Part shown: piece after piece, positions 30,538 to 40,187 of the stretch
How the letters are laid out: each line of letters opens with the position of its first letter
Position numbering within the stretch: the stretch's first letter is position 1
From: Candidatus Bathyarchaeota archaeon
GTDB lineage: Archaea; Thermoproteota; Bathyarchaeia; 40CM-2-53-6; RBG-13-38-9
NCBI GenBank assembly: GCA_963807605.1
Contig: CAWECG010000004.1
Location: forward strand, 320,001 to 384,000
Length of the DNA stretch: 64,000 nucleotides
Direction: 5' to 3'
Position numbers and translations under genes: made by a program
The notes under the pieces: model-generated
The model's input: the letters and a program-made list of their open reading frames with translations, nothing else
Databases searched by the model: none
Told to the model about the DNA's origin: nothing

Positions 30538-31785
30538 TCATGTGTGCACTTGGGGTTTCTCTTCTCGGGCATACGTCTTCGTAAGGTCTTCTCGCTTCCA
30601 AAGGGGTGAGATTTCTCTAAGTCGAGCGATTGCCTCATTTAAGGAATTGCAGACGTATTCGACATCCTCGCTTGTGTTGGTTCTGCCCAAGCTGACCCTA
30701 AGAGAACCGTGAGCTTGTACCTCGTTCAAACCAATTGCCATCAAGACGTGAGACGGCATGAGTTTCTTTGAGGAACATGCTGAGCCTGTTGACGCTGCGA
30801 TGCCCTTCTCATCAAGGCTAAGGAGCAGCGATTCGCCCTCGATTCCGGAGAATCTGAAATGGGCATTGTTAGGCAGCCTCCTAGTTGGATGCCCATTTAG
30901 ATAAGACTCTTCGATTTCGTCTAACACTCTTTTGATAATTCTGTCGCGTAATATGACGAGGCGATCTGAATCTTCTTTCATCCTGGACTTTGCTAGTTCT
31001 GCTGCTTTTCCCATGCCAACTATACCGGCAACGTTCTCAGTTCCGGATCTCAACCCTCTTTCGTGTCCTCCGCCGTGGATGAGAGGTTCAACTGAGACAC
31101 CTTCCCTCTTGAAGAGCACGCCTACGCCTTTTGGACCATAAATCTTGTGCGCTGAGATCGAAAGTAGGTCAGCGTCAAGTTTGTTGAGATCTATGGGTAT
31201 CTTACCGGTTGTTTGAACTGCATCGGTGTGAAAGACAATCCCATTCTTATGTGCTATTCGGACTATCTCTTCTATCGGCTCAATTGTTCCGATCTCATTG
31301 TTGGCGTGCATCATGGTTATCAGAATGGTTTCCTTAGTTATGCTCCTCTCAAGCGCTTCGAGATTGATCATCCCCGTTTTGTCGACGGGGACGTAGGTTA
31401 ATCTGAAGCCGTTGGCCTCAAGAGATTGACATGTTTCCAGGACAGCTGGGTGCTCTATGCTGCTTGTTATGATGTGTTTGCCTTTGTCTCTGTGCTTGTA
31501 GGCTATTCCCTTTATTGCGGCGTTGTCTGATTCGGTGCCCCCGCTGGTGAAAAGTATCTCTTTTGGAGAACAATTTATCAGTTCTGCCACTTGCTTTCGA
31601 GCATTCTCCATACCTTCGTATGCTTCTCGACCGAATGAGTGTATGCTGGAAGCATTTCCATATTTTTCATCGAGATACGGAGCGATAGCTTCGATGACTT
31701 CTCGGTCTACTTGTGTGGTCGCTGCATTATCGACGTATACTCTTCTCATCATGGGGTGCCTCTCTGCTGCAGTTCTAGAAGACAA
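30538..31785 (-). CDS. iscS: Cysteine desulfurase
   Basis: DNAATT, TSGGTESDN, HTDAVQ, SAHKIYGPKG and STGSACSS motifs. Confidence 0.95.
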   Translation of the reverse strand: MSSRTAAERHPMMRRVYVDNAATTQVDREVIEAIAPYLDEKYGNASSIHSFGREAYEGMENARKQVAELINCSPKEILFTSGGTESDNAAIKGIAYKHRDKGKHIITSSIEHPAVLETCQSLEANGFRLTYVPVDKTGMINLEALERSITKETILITMMHANNEIGTIEPIEEIVRIAHKNGIVFHTDAVQTTGKIPIDLNKLDADLLSISAHKIYGPKGVGVLFKREGVSVEPLIHGGGHERGLRSGTENVAGIVGMGKAAELAKSRMKEDSDRLVILRDRIIKRVLDEIEESYLNGHPTRRLPNNAHFRFSGIEGESLLLSLDEKGIAASTGSACSSKKLMPSHVLMAIGLNEVQAHGSLRVSLGRTNTSEDVEYVCNSLNEAIARLREISPLWKREDLTKTYAREEKPQVHT

Positions 31786-31948
31786 ATCCTAATTATAACA
31801 TCGTTATATTTGAAGATTTTCCGCCGTTGCCTGTTAAATATTTATGGAGGACCCAAAGAGTTCATAACGTCGAATCGTAATGTGACGCCGGGGTATACAG
31901 TTTATAGCGGACCTAGCGTAAATCTGGCTGAACCTTGGAGTGTAGAAA

Positions 31949-32068
31949 TTGAAGCGCATGTTGGCATCGTTATTCTTGACCCTAGGGTTGCTGATGCTCA
32001 CCCTCAGCGCGTATACAGGGCAGCTCAGTTACCTAACCTTCCTAATGAAGTCTCATGGGGTTCCGTAG
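31949..32068 (+). CDS. Small 39-aa hydrophobic peptide, not in the ORF track
   Basis: GGAG upstream; TTG start gives MKRMLASLFLTLGLLMLTLSAYTGQLSYLTFLMKSHGVP; stops 10 nt before the next ATG. Confidence 0.5.
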   Translation: MKRMLASLFLTLGLLMLTLSAYTGQLSYLTFLMKSHGVP

Positions 32069-32078
32069 GTGGCTTGAA

Positions 32079-33017
32079 ATGGAAGGTCAAGAAAGTAGAT
32101 TGCAGCGTAAAGAGCTCAGATTCCCATACTCTGTCTTCCGCAATTTCTGCGAGCTTCTCAGCTTTCTTTTTTTAAATGCTCTTGCGTTCAAGTACGTCTA
32201 TCCTTTCTTGAGTGTTGATTCCATACCAGTGCCTGTCCCGATTCTCATCAGTCTGAAGTCCGCTTACAGTCTAATGGGCGGAGCACTCGACTTTGTCCAA
32301 GTCATGTTCTCTAAACCTTTGTTCCCTCTCATTCCGCTTGCGTTGGTCTTTGTTGTGGGTTCTATAGTTGGCAGGCTGCTCTGCGGATGGCTTTGCCCAA
32401 TCGGTTTTATTCAAGATCTCATACTGAAGATCAAAGGCAGTCGTTCGAAGGTCAGTCTTAGAAAACATGTTCCTTTAACGAAACTGAAGCTCTTCATTCT
32501 CCTGATCGTTCTATTCTTTTCGATAACCCTTGCCTACTCTCTCTACTTGGACCCCGAGACAAGATACAAGGATGCCTTGGGACCCTTTACAAGAGGCGTG
32601 TTCTTTCCCATCGAACCTGAGACAACGCTCTTCGCAACGATTCCGAGGTTGGTTCAATCCGGTGTTGAGTCGGGTTTGCTGGACTTCTCAAGCCTATCCT
32701 CGCCGGGCTATTTAATGGTCACCGGGGTCGCTATCTTGGGAATCTTCTTTGTTGGTGCGTACGTTGTGCCCTGGTTTTGGTGCAGATACGTTTGTCCCAC
32801 AGGAGCACTCATGGGGATCTTTATGAGATTCAGCTTTCTCGGCTTGCGAAGAGATCCTTCCAAATGCACGAAGTGTGGTGATTGCGTTGAAGCATGCCCC
32901 ATGCAGATAAGGATACTTGACCTGCCTTGGGAGAAGTTCAATGATCCTGAATGCACACTCTGCTTGGAATGCGTTGGCGCCTGCGCGAGGGGCGCCCTAG
33001 CTCCAAAATTCCCATGA
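32079..33017 (+). CDS. Membrane polyferredoxin (NapH/MauN/YccM-like)
   Basis: GRLLCGWLCP, WCRYVCP, two C-terminal 4Fe-4S motifs and TM helices. Confidence 0.88.
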   Translation: MEGQESRLQRKELRFPYSVFRNFCELLSFLFLNALAFKYVYPFLSVDSIPVPVPILISLKSAYSLMGGALDFVQVMFSKPLFPLIPLALVFVVGSIVGRLLCGWLCPIGFIQDLILKIKGSRSKVSLRKHVPLTKLKLFILLIVLFFSITLAYSLYLDPETRYKDALGPFTRGVFFPIEPETTLFATIPRLVQSGVESGLLDFSSLSSPGYLMVTGVAILGIFFVGAYVVPWFWCRYVCPTGALMGIFMRFSFLGLRRDPSKCTKCGDCVEACPMQIRILDLPWEKFNDPECTLCLECVGACARGALAPKFP

Positions 33018-33146
33018 ATACTCACAGCAAACTTCCACCTTCACCCGGACGATGTCGGAGGTCGCGGCTACCAAAGTTCGTGTTCCCGCAAATAAGATAA
33101 GAGGAACTCTAGCCAGATAGTGGTCTTGATCTCGACAGTCTAACTT

Positions 33147-33248
33147 GCCGGGATGGCCGAACGGTTCAGGCGGCGGGCTGCAGACAATCTTCCCAAGAGA
33201 AGCTGACTGAAACCCGCAGTATGTGGGTTCGACTCCCACGCCCGGCTT
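33147..33248 (+). tRNA. tRNA-Cys(GCA) with a 28-nt anticodon-loop intron
   Basis: GCCGGGA..GCGGG-CTGCAGA-[intron ~33184-33212]-CCCGC..GTGGGTTCGACTCCCAC-GCCCGGC-U73. Confidence 0.88.
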
Positions 33249-33607
33249 CCAACTCCATGAACCAATCTACAATCCAGAAAGATCGTCATTGTCGGCTCGC
33301 ATACGCAGGACTGATACTAGAAATCCATTCATGAAAACTAAAGAAAAGACAAATCTAGACTTGAAGCTCCAATCACCTAGACAAAGTCAGCTATATGCAA
33401 TCAGAATCGACGACTGAAACCCATGAAAGTAAAATGCTCTAAGTGCGGTGTCTGCATAGACTTCGCCGACATGAATCGCCATTTGACAAGATGCGGTACC
33501 GGCGCCCAGAAAGATCAGTAGGTCTAACTCAAGGTCCTCGTCAAGTCTTCAAATCAACAAAATTTATATCTGTTACCACAAGTAACAATCTGACAGAGGT
33601 GAGATTA

Positions 33608-34207
33608 TTGTCGTGGGAAAATGAATCTCCATCATGGTTTAGAAGACGGAGACGCCAGCCTTTTTTCGGCGACTGGTTTTTTGACGATATGAACAGAATG
33701 TTCGAAGAGATGTTCAAAGACGTTGCAGGGACACTGCCTAAAGAACTCGTTCGGGAACGCCGTCTCCCAGACGGCAGCACCGTCAGAGAAGTTGGGCCGA
33801 TCGTCTACGGATACTCGATGACCATGGGGCCAGATGGGAAACCGGTCATCAGAGAGTTCGGCAACGCAAAACCATCCATGGAGCAGACGAAGTTTGGTCC
33901 ACCAAAACCAGGCCTGACCGTCAAAGAAGAGCGTGAACCGCTTGTGGACCTGATTACCGAAGGCGACCAAGTCAGGGTAGTAGCGGAACTACCTGGGGTT
34001 GAAAAAACGGACATAAACCTTCAATGCGCTGAGAATGCGTTGACCATCTCAGTAGACACACCACAGAGGAAGTATTACAAAGTCCTAGAACTCCCGACAC
34101 CAGTGGATCCTGAAACTCCCAAGGCGTCTTACAAGAATGGAGTACTTGAGATACTTCTCAAGAGGCAGAGACCAGTTCCAAAAGGCAGAGAGATAAAGAT
34201 ACAGTGA
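33608..34207 (+). CDS. hsp20: Archaeal small heat-shock protein Hsp20
   Basis: GPIVYGYSMTMGPDGKP, REPLVD, AELPGV and ASYKNGVLE motifs. Confidence 0.92.
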   Translation: MSWENESPSWFRRRRRQPFFGDWFFDDMNRMFEEMFKDVAGTLPKELVRERRLPDGSTVREVGPIVYGYSMTMGPDGKPVIREFGNAKPSMEQTKFGPPKPGLTVKEEREPLVDLITEGDQVRVVAELPGVEKTDINLQCAENALTISVDTPQRKYYKVLELPTPVDPETPKASYKNGVLEILLKRQRPVPKGREIKIQ

Positions 34208-34446
34208 CTATCCGCTGTTCTTTGAGCTGTATCAGAGCCATCACGGCCTTCAGGACCTTTCCCAGGCCCCGAAGGAACCCCCAAGATTGTTTCTAGCCCT
34301 GGTGAACCGGCATTTTTTGGAAATGTTTAAGCAGATCGGCAGAATATTCTTTTCCGGTCCAAATGCTCAAGGAATCTGAGCGGATTCCGTTTTTTGGTCC
34401 AAACTGTAGACTATTCTCCACTGTAGAATCTGAGGCATAGAGCGAG

Positions 34447-35511
34447 ATGTCCGAGTACATCAAAGAAATCGAGCTGAAGAAGATACAGCCAAACCGACTG
34501 AACCCTAGAGAGGAATTCAGAAAGGAATCACTAGACGAATTAGCCGATAGCATCTCTGAGGTGGGTTTACTCCAGCCACTCATTGTGCGTCCAGTGGACA
34601 GAGGATTCGAAGTAGTCGTAGGTGAGAGACGATATAGAGCTTCGCACCAAGCTGGCCTGGAGAAGGTGCCGGCAATCGTCAGAAAGTATGCCGACGATGA
34701 AGTGATAGAGCTCAACTTGATAGAAAACATACACCGCGAAGACTTGAGTGCAGTTGAGAAGGGAAGGACCTGCCTCAAATTGATGGAAACGTTTCCTGAG
34801 AAATATCCAACAGAAGAGTCAGTCGCAAAACACGTGGGGGTAAGCCAACTCACAATCAAAGACTGGCTGAAACTTGTCACAGCAATGCCCCGTAAAATCC
34901 AGCGAATGGTAGCTCCAGAGACCATCTCGCGGAGGGTTCCAGCAGGAAAGATTGAGTACACAACAGCTGTCAGAATCGCACGAAAGATAAAGGAACCTGG
35001 GAAACAGTTGAAGGTGGCAGAAACACTCGTTCAAAGGGGCATAAGAGGTGCCGTAGCAAGGCAGATAGTCAGCGAAGTCGCAAGGAAACCCGAAAGGCCT
35101 CTGGAGGAGATAGTCCAAGAAGTTGTCGAGGCTCAGGCCAGAATACCATTTAGGTTAGCCAACATTGAACCCGTTGTGAATGAGAGTAAGACCCAATTAT
35201 CCCTGAAAGGACTGGACCCGAAAATCCGAAAAGGCTCCATAGTCCAAGCCGACCTCTACGAGCCCCACTTTGCAGACCTTAGAGTGAGGGACGTCTTGAA
35301 AAAGAGACTGGGCGATTTTACAGATGAAGATACAAAGAGAGAAGGAGGATACAGCCTCAGTGAATTCAAGAAGTACTGGGAGGAGACCTACGGAGAAGGA
35401 AGCTGGGATCCCGATGAGAGAGTTGACATTGTACACTTCGAGGTTGTGAAGATGAATCCCAAGTTTGAAGAGTTGAGAAGAAGAATAAGCACGAAGTTCC
35501 TCCTTAAGTGA
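34447..35511 (+). CDS. ParB/Spo0J-like protein with a C-terminal ASCH (PUA-like) domain
   Basis: PR..F..L.ELADSI..VGLLQP, GERRYRA, ENIHREDL and an HTH; the C-terminus LGDFTDEDTKREG..SLSEFKKYWEETY..VDIVHFEVV is typical of ASCH. Confidence 0.85.
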   Translation: MSEYIKEIELKKIQPNRLNPREEFRKESLDELADSISEVGLLQPLIVRPVDRGFEVVVGERRYRASHQAGLEKVPAIVRKYADDEVIELNLIENIHREDLSAVEKGRTCLKLMETFPEKYPTEESVAKHVGVSQLTIKDWLKLVTAMPRKIQRMVAPETISRRVPAGKIEYTTAVRIARKIKEPGKQLKVAETLVQRGIRGAVARQIVSEVARKPERPLEEIVQEVVEAQARIPFRLANIEPVVNESKTQLSLKGLDPKIRKGSIVQADLYEPHFADLRVRDVLKKRLGDFTDEDTKREGGYSLSEFKKYWEETYGEGSWDPDERVDIVHFEVVKMNPKFEELRRRISTKFLLK

Positions 35512-35608
35512 GTTCAACAACTCGGCCGCCGCACACCCGTCAATTGCAGGCCCAAGAGATCGCCAGTTATCGATTAAGTCTATTAGCAACCCACCGTTAG
35601 TCAGGATA

Positions 35609-35684
35609 GGGCCCGTGGTCTAGTCAGGATTATGATGCTGGCCTCCGGAGCCGGTGATCGTGGGTTCAAATCCCACCGGGCCCG
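35609..35684 (+). tRNA. tRNA-Arg(CCG), no intron
   Basis: GGGCCCG...CTGGC-CTCCGGA-GCCGG...GTGGGTTCAAATCCCAC-CGGGCCC-G. Confidence 0.93.
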
Positions 35685-35722
35685 CACAGAAAATTTGACG
35701 ACACCCAAGGCTTGGCATAGAG

Positions 35723-37699
35723 ATGTCTGACGACAAATCCCGATCTCACACTAGTGAGAACCCTTATGAAGACATTCTATCAGGATGCCGGAATCTTTTG
35801 CGTGAGGCCCTCTCGTCCCAATTCCCCGATTTCCAAGACGCAGAGATCAAACTTGAAGAACCCCCCTCTCCACAATTCGGCGATTTGTCCACAATATTGA
35901 GCTTTCAAATCTCTAAGGCTCTGGGCGTTCGTGCCATAGAGATCGCGCAACGAATCGCCAGCTGCCCGAAACCTAGTAGTGACGGTTTGGTCAAGCAATT
36001 GGAGGCGTCTGGAGCAGGGTATCTCAACCTCCGCCTCAACCACGAGAAGATAAACGAGCTGACATTGCATTCTGTCAGGTCGCTTAATGACAGATATGGT
36101 TTCCCGCATACAGATAGGCCTGAAAAGATCGCGGTGGAACATAGCAGCATAAACCCCGTACATTCAATCCATATTGGACAGGCACGAAACTCGATCTTAG
36201 GAGATGCCATATCGAGAATCTTGAAAGCTAGAGGACACGAAGTTGAAGTTCACTTCTACATAAATGACGCAGGGCGACAGAGCGCCATAGTGTCCTACGG
36301 GTACGAAAAAATCCGCCGTCCAACTCCCAGCATCAAATCTGACCATTACTTGGGCCAAGTCTATAGCATAACCTCATGCCTAGTGGAGATTCAAAACCTG
36401 AAGAAGGCAATGAGTAACGTGGCAAGCGACGAATCTCTCACAGAAGAGAGAAGTCAGATCCAAAATAGACTGGACGAGTGGACATCAGTTGCATTTGAAC
36501 TACAGAATCGATATCCGGAATTATTTGAGCGACTTAGAAAAGAGATCAGCATTAGCTCCGAGGCTGACACTCAAATCAACAATCTTCTAAGAGAATATGA
36601 GCAGCACACACCGAGCGCGACGGACCTAATCAGACAAGTGAGCGAGCTTTGTATCAATGGCTTTAAACAGACCTTTTCAAGGCTTAACATATGTTTCGAC
36701 GTCTGGGACTGGGAGAGCGATCTACTCTGGTCACACAAGGTTGCTGATGTGCTTCAGAGGTTGCTCAAGACAAAATATGTTTCAAAGGAAGACGGAACTC
36801 TCAGACTTGAATCGGAATTGGCTGTCGAGGAACTCGGAATCCGCCAACTCCTCAATTTGGGCGATGATTACGTACTTCCATCGGTCTCTTTAACGAGATC
36901 AGATGGGACGACGTTGTACATAGCTCGGGACATCGCCTACAGCCTCCTTAAGTTCGGGAAGTGTAGCAGCGTCGTAAACGTCGTTGGAATGGAACAAGTG
37001 CATGAACAATTGCATGTGCGCGTTGCTCTTTCTATTTTGAGCCTCAAGGAACTCGCAAGAAAACAGCAACACTTCACATTTGGCTTAGTACGCTTTCCCG
37101 GAGAGAAAATGTCAAGTCGAAGAGGGCGAATCGTGCCCTTAGACGAGGTTATAGACGAGGCAATAAGAAGAGCCTACGTTGAGATCGAAAAACGCACAAC
37201 AGATCTTGACGATACTGAGAAGCGTAGGAGAGCAGAGACCATAGGAATCGGGGCATTAAAGTACGCGTTGCTTTCGGTCGAGCCATCACGTGAAGTCGAT
37301 TTCTCTTGGGATCGAGTCCTGAACTTGGAAATGAACAGTGCACCCTTCATCAATTATGGATACACAAGGGCTAACGGCATACTGAGAAAAATCGGCTCAA
37401 TACGTGACGACGTAAACTATGGAAGGTTAGATAGTACCGCAGAACGACGTCTTATCCTAACCCTGGCCAAATTCCCCAGCATCTTTGCTGAAGCGGCAGA
37501 CAGACTTCGTCCAGACGACTTGGCTAATTACGTAAACCAATTGACCAAGCAGTTCCACGAGTACTATGAGCATTTCGACGTATCACATCTTGAGGATGAT
37601 GAACTGCGATATGCCAGAGGCTCGCTCATTGAGGCAATACAAATAGTGATTCGTAACTGTATGCGTATACTTGGCATAGAACTTCAAGAGAGAATGTAA
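35723..37699 (+). CDS. argS: Arginyl-tRNA synthetase
   Basis: FGD, HIGQARN (HIGH-like), RSDGTTLY and KMSSRRG motifs; DALR domain. Confidence 0.95.
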   Translation: MSDDKSRSHTSENPYEDILSGCRNLLREALSSQFPDFQDAEIKLEEPPSPQFGDLSTILSFQISKALGVRAIEIAQRIASCPKPSSDGLVKQLEASGAGYLNLRLNHEKINELTLHSVRSLNDRYGFPHTDRPEKIAVEHSSINPVHSIHIGQARNSILGDAISRILKARGHEVEVHFYINDAGRQSAIVSYGYEKIRRPTPSIKSDHYLGQVYSITSCLVEIQNLKKAMSNVASDESLTEERSQIQNRLDEWTSVAFELQNRYPELFERLRKEISISSEADTQINNLLREYEQHTPSATDLIRQVSELCINGFKQTFSRLNICFDVWDWESDLLWSHKVADVLQRLLKTKYVSKEDGTLRLESELAVEELGIRQLLNLGDDYVLPSVSLTRSDGTTLYIARDIAYSLLKFGKCSSVVNVVGMEQVHEQLHVRVALSILSLKELARKQQHFTFGLVRFPGEKMSSRRGRIVPLDEVIDEAIRRAYVEIEKRTTDLDDTEKRRRAETIGIGALKYALLSVEPSREVDFSWDRVLNLEMNSAPFINYGYTRANGILRKIGSIRDDVNYGRLDSTAERRLILTLAKFPSIFAEAADRLRPDDLANYVNQLTKQFHEYYEHFDVSHLEDDELRYARGSLIEAIQIVIRNCMRILGIELQERM

Positions 37700-38038
37700 G
37701 CCTCACGCGCCCGCGTAATTAGCAGCGAGCGCGATACGATGTTGACAGCGTGGGGCGAGTTCAAGAAGAAATATGAAAACGTCATTTCAGCGCGCGGCCA
37801 TAACTAGGCAAGTAATCGCAGCTTGCCGGTGCAAACTCAAATGACTGACGACGACCAACCGTTTAAGATCAGTCGAATCCGGCAGACTGGACCATGGACA
37901 TTCTCCGAAGCCGATGGATTTTGTGAGTAGACTAGCCATAAAGGAATGTGGCCGCCAACAACCTAGAAAATAGCAACCCCAACAAACGCTTAATGATAAA
38001 TATTAGAAAGGTGACCAATATTCGGTGGTTGATGGTAT

Positions 38039-38275
38039 ATGCCAACAGCTTTTGTCCTAATTAACGCGGAGCTTGGCAAGGAAGAGGGCATCCTCAAGGA
38101 GTTGAGAAGCATAAGCAGTTGCAAGGAAGCGCATTTCGTCTACGGCGTCTACGACATCATAGCCAAGGTAGAGGCTGAGAGCATGGAGAAGCTTAAGGAG
38201 ATCGTAACCTTCAAGATCAGAAGGCTCCCCGATGTCAGAAGCACGCTCACTATGACTGTAGCTGAGGGGATTTAA
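38039..38275 (+). CDS. Lrp/AsnC ligand-binding (RAM) domain protein
   Basis: AFVLIN...VYGVYDIIAKV...VRSTLTM. Confidence 0.9.
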   Translation: MPTAFVLINAELGKEEGILKELRSISSCKEAHFVYGVYDIIAKVEAESMEKLKEIVTFKIRRLPDVRSTLTMTVAEGI

Positions 38276-38348
38276 GGCCAGTTCAGGGAACCGTCTTACC
38301 AATTTATTCCTAAGCAAACCTACGCCTGGGACACTGAAGAGCCGACGA

Positions 38349-39176
38349 CTATAGGCTACTTAGTTTACTCTCTAGTTTCATTATCACAGCTATTGCTGAC
38401 GAACCCACGAGAGAACTGCCACGGCTATTCCTTTCACCCATAGTCATCTGTCGGACGTGCTCGTCGTAGGGTATCACGAGGTCCAAATGATGCCCTTGTC
38501 CAACTAAGGTTCTTTCGATAAATTCCTCCTCGGCCTTGTCCTTTACCTTATTTGCGATGAACATGTGTTTCGATACACCAAGTTCCACAACAAGTCGCCA
38601 AATCTTCAAAGAGGTCTCGATTGATTGCAGTGAAGGTTCAATAACATTTATGATAGTATCAACGGATCGAATTGTTCCACGTCCAAGATGTTCCAGACCG
38701 GCTTCCATATCAAGAATAACCGTTGCGCTCATCTTGCTGAACACATAACGTAGGAGAGCTCGGAGCAGAGCATTTGCCGGGCACATGCATCCTTGGCCTG
38801 CGCTTCTGACTGTTCCCATTATGAGGAGTCTCACGCCATCTGGGCTGTCTAGCGCATATTTCTCAACAACGTCATCCACCGTAGGATTCAGATTGAAGAC
38901 AGAACTCCCAGAGTCATCGCCGCCGACACTTGTCAGCTCCTTTATGAGATTGGCATCCTCGCAAAGAGGTGTGATCGCGTTAGCTGTCTCCTGCGGTATG
39001 CCCAGCTCAAGATAGAGGTTTGTGGACGGGTCAGCGTCTATCGCTATGACCATCTTACTAGGATCCAGCTTCTTGAACTGTTTTGCGAGTGTGCCGGCGA
39101 TGAAGGTTTTACCAACTCCACCTTTCCCGACAACTGCAATCTTCAATCCAGACAACCTCATACAAACTGTTGCCAC
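38349..39176 (-). CDS. cooC: CODH/ACS nickel-insertion ATPase CooC
   Basis: GKGGVGKT, DADP, GCMCP and DMEAGLEHLGRGT motifs. Confidence 0.9.
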   Translation of the reverse strand: MATVCMRLSGLKIAVVGKGGVGKTFIAGTLAKQFKKLDPSKMVIAIDADPSTNLYLELGIPQETANAITPLCEDANLIKELTSVGGDDSGSSVFNLNPTVDDVVEKYALDSPDGVRLLIMGTVRSAGQGCMCPANALLRALLRYVFSKMSATVILDMEAGLEHLGRGTIRSVDTIINVIEPSLQSIETSLKIWRLVVELGVSKHMFIANKVKDKAEEEFIERTLVGQGHHLDLVIPYDEHVRQMTMGERNSRGSSLVGSSAIAVIMKLESKLSSL

Positions 39177-39269
39177 AGAAAGGCTCTACAAAACACAGCA
39201 TTCATAGCGCGCGAAGTATTGGGGTAATCTACTGCAACGCTATGAACATTCGTCACATTACTGATTGTT

Positions 39270-40187
39270 CTACAGTATTTGTTTCGATCTCTCAATTATC
39301 TTGGGCACGATCCACTCAAAACCTATAGTCATTATGTGTATTCCTTGAACTGCGGTCGATTTTCTTATGTCACTCACGAGTTTGCCAAAGATCTCAAGAT
39401 TCTCATTGAGGAAGGCTTCCTTGCCACCCTTTTCTCTAGCTAAGCGCAGACGGTTCTGAATCTCGTCCGGTACCATTATTCCGGGCACATTCTTGACCAT
39501 CCAGTCCATCATGCCCATAGATTTGAAGGGCGCTATGCCGATCAGTACGGGCATCTTCAGGTGTGAAACTTCTTTAACGAATCTCTTCGCAAGTTCAGGA
39601 TCGTACACACACTGAGTCTGTATGAAGTCTGCTCCCAGTTCAGCCTTCCGTTCTATCTTCAGGATCTCCGGCTCAATTGGATCTGCATTAGGGTTTCCAG
39701 CCACGCCAATGTTGAACTTCGGCGGATTGTCAATCTTGTTGCCCTTGAGATCTGTTCCCTCATCGACCATCTTGCTCATTAGGTCTACCAAAGATGTTGA
39801 GTCCAGGTCGTACACCGGCTTGGTTCTAGGGTCGTCTCCAATTGTTGTGTGATCGCCGCTGAGGGCAAGCACATTCTTGATGCCTAGTGCGCTCGCAGCA
39901 AGGAGATCAGCAGTTATTGCAAGTCTGTTCCTATCTCTGACAGTTACTTGGTAAACTGCCTCCAAACCAACCTCTCTTTGAATAATGTATGAGGGTATAA
40001 GCGCGTTCATGTATGCAAAGGCTGTTGGGTTGTCAGTGACATTTGCTGCGATGACATGGCCCTTCAGTATCTTGGCTGTTGCTAGGGTTTCCTCAAGACT
40101 TGTAGTCTTTACTGGTTCTATCTCGCCAGTAAAGACAAAGGTGCCTGCAAGCAGAGCCTTCGCTAGTTCGCTATACGCTTCTCTCAT
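39270..40187 (-). CDS. metF: Methylenetetrahydrofolate reductase-like protein
   Basis: NVTDNP, RDRNRLA, LSGDH and GADFIQTQ motifs. Confidence 0.9.
   Translation of the reverse strand: MREAYSELAKALLAGTFVFTGEIEPVKTTSLEETLATAKILKGHVIAANVTDNPTAFAYMNALIPSYIIQREVGLEAVYQVTVRDRNRLAITADLLAASALGIKNVLALSGDHTTIGDDPRTKPVYDLDSTSLVDLMSKMVDEGTDLKGNKIDNPPKFNIGVAGNPNADPIEPEILKIERKAELGADFIQTQCVYDPELAKRFVKEVSHLKMPVLIGIAPFKSMGMMDWMVKNVPGIMVPDEIQNRLRLAREKGGKEAFLNENLEIFGKLVSDIRKSTAVQGIHIMTIGFEWIVPKIIERSKQIL

Noticed and set aside
34293-34961. Long antisense ORFs (e.g. 34293-34961, 20718-21344, 52676-53230, 31639-32175)
   Set aside because: They are shadows of well-supported genes and carry no motifs of their own.
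34447-35684. Integrated element at tRNA-Arg carrying parB
   Set aside because: No integrase and no duplicated tRNA 3' end (att site) were found; the flanks are housekeeping genes.
37700-37990. Possible ncRNA between argS and the Lrp gene
   Set aside because: Only a short GGCAAG/CTTGCC hairpin; no recognisable SRP, RNase P or C/D-box layout.
38349-39176. ParA/MinD partner for the ParB protein
   Set aside because: The CxC and DMEAGLEH motifs identify it, and 58247-59035, as CooC-type Ni chaperones.
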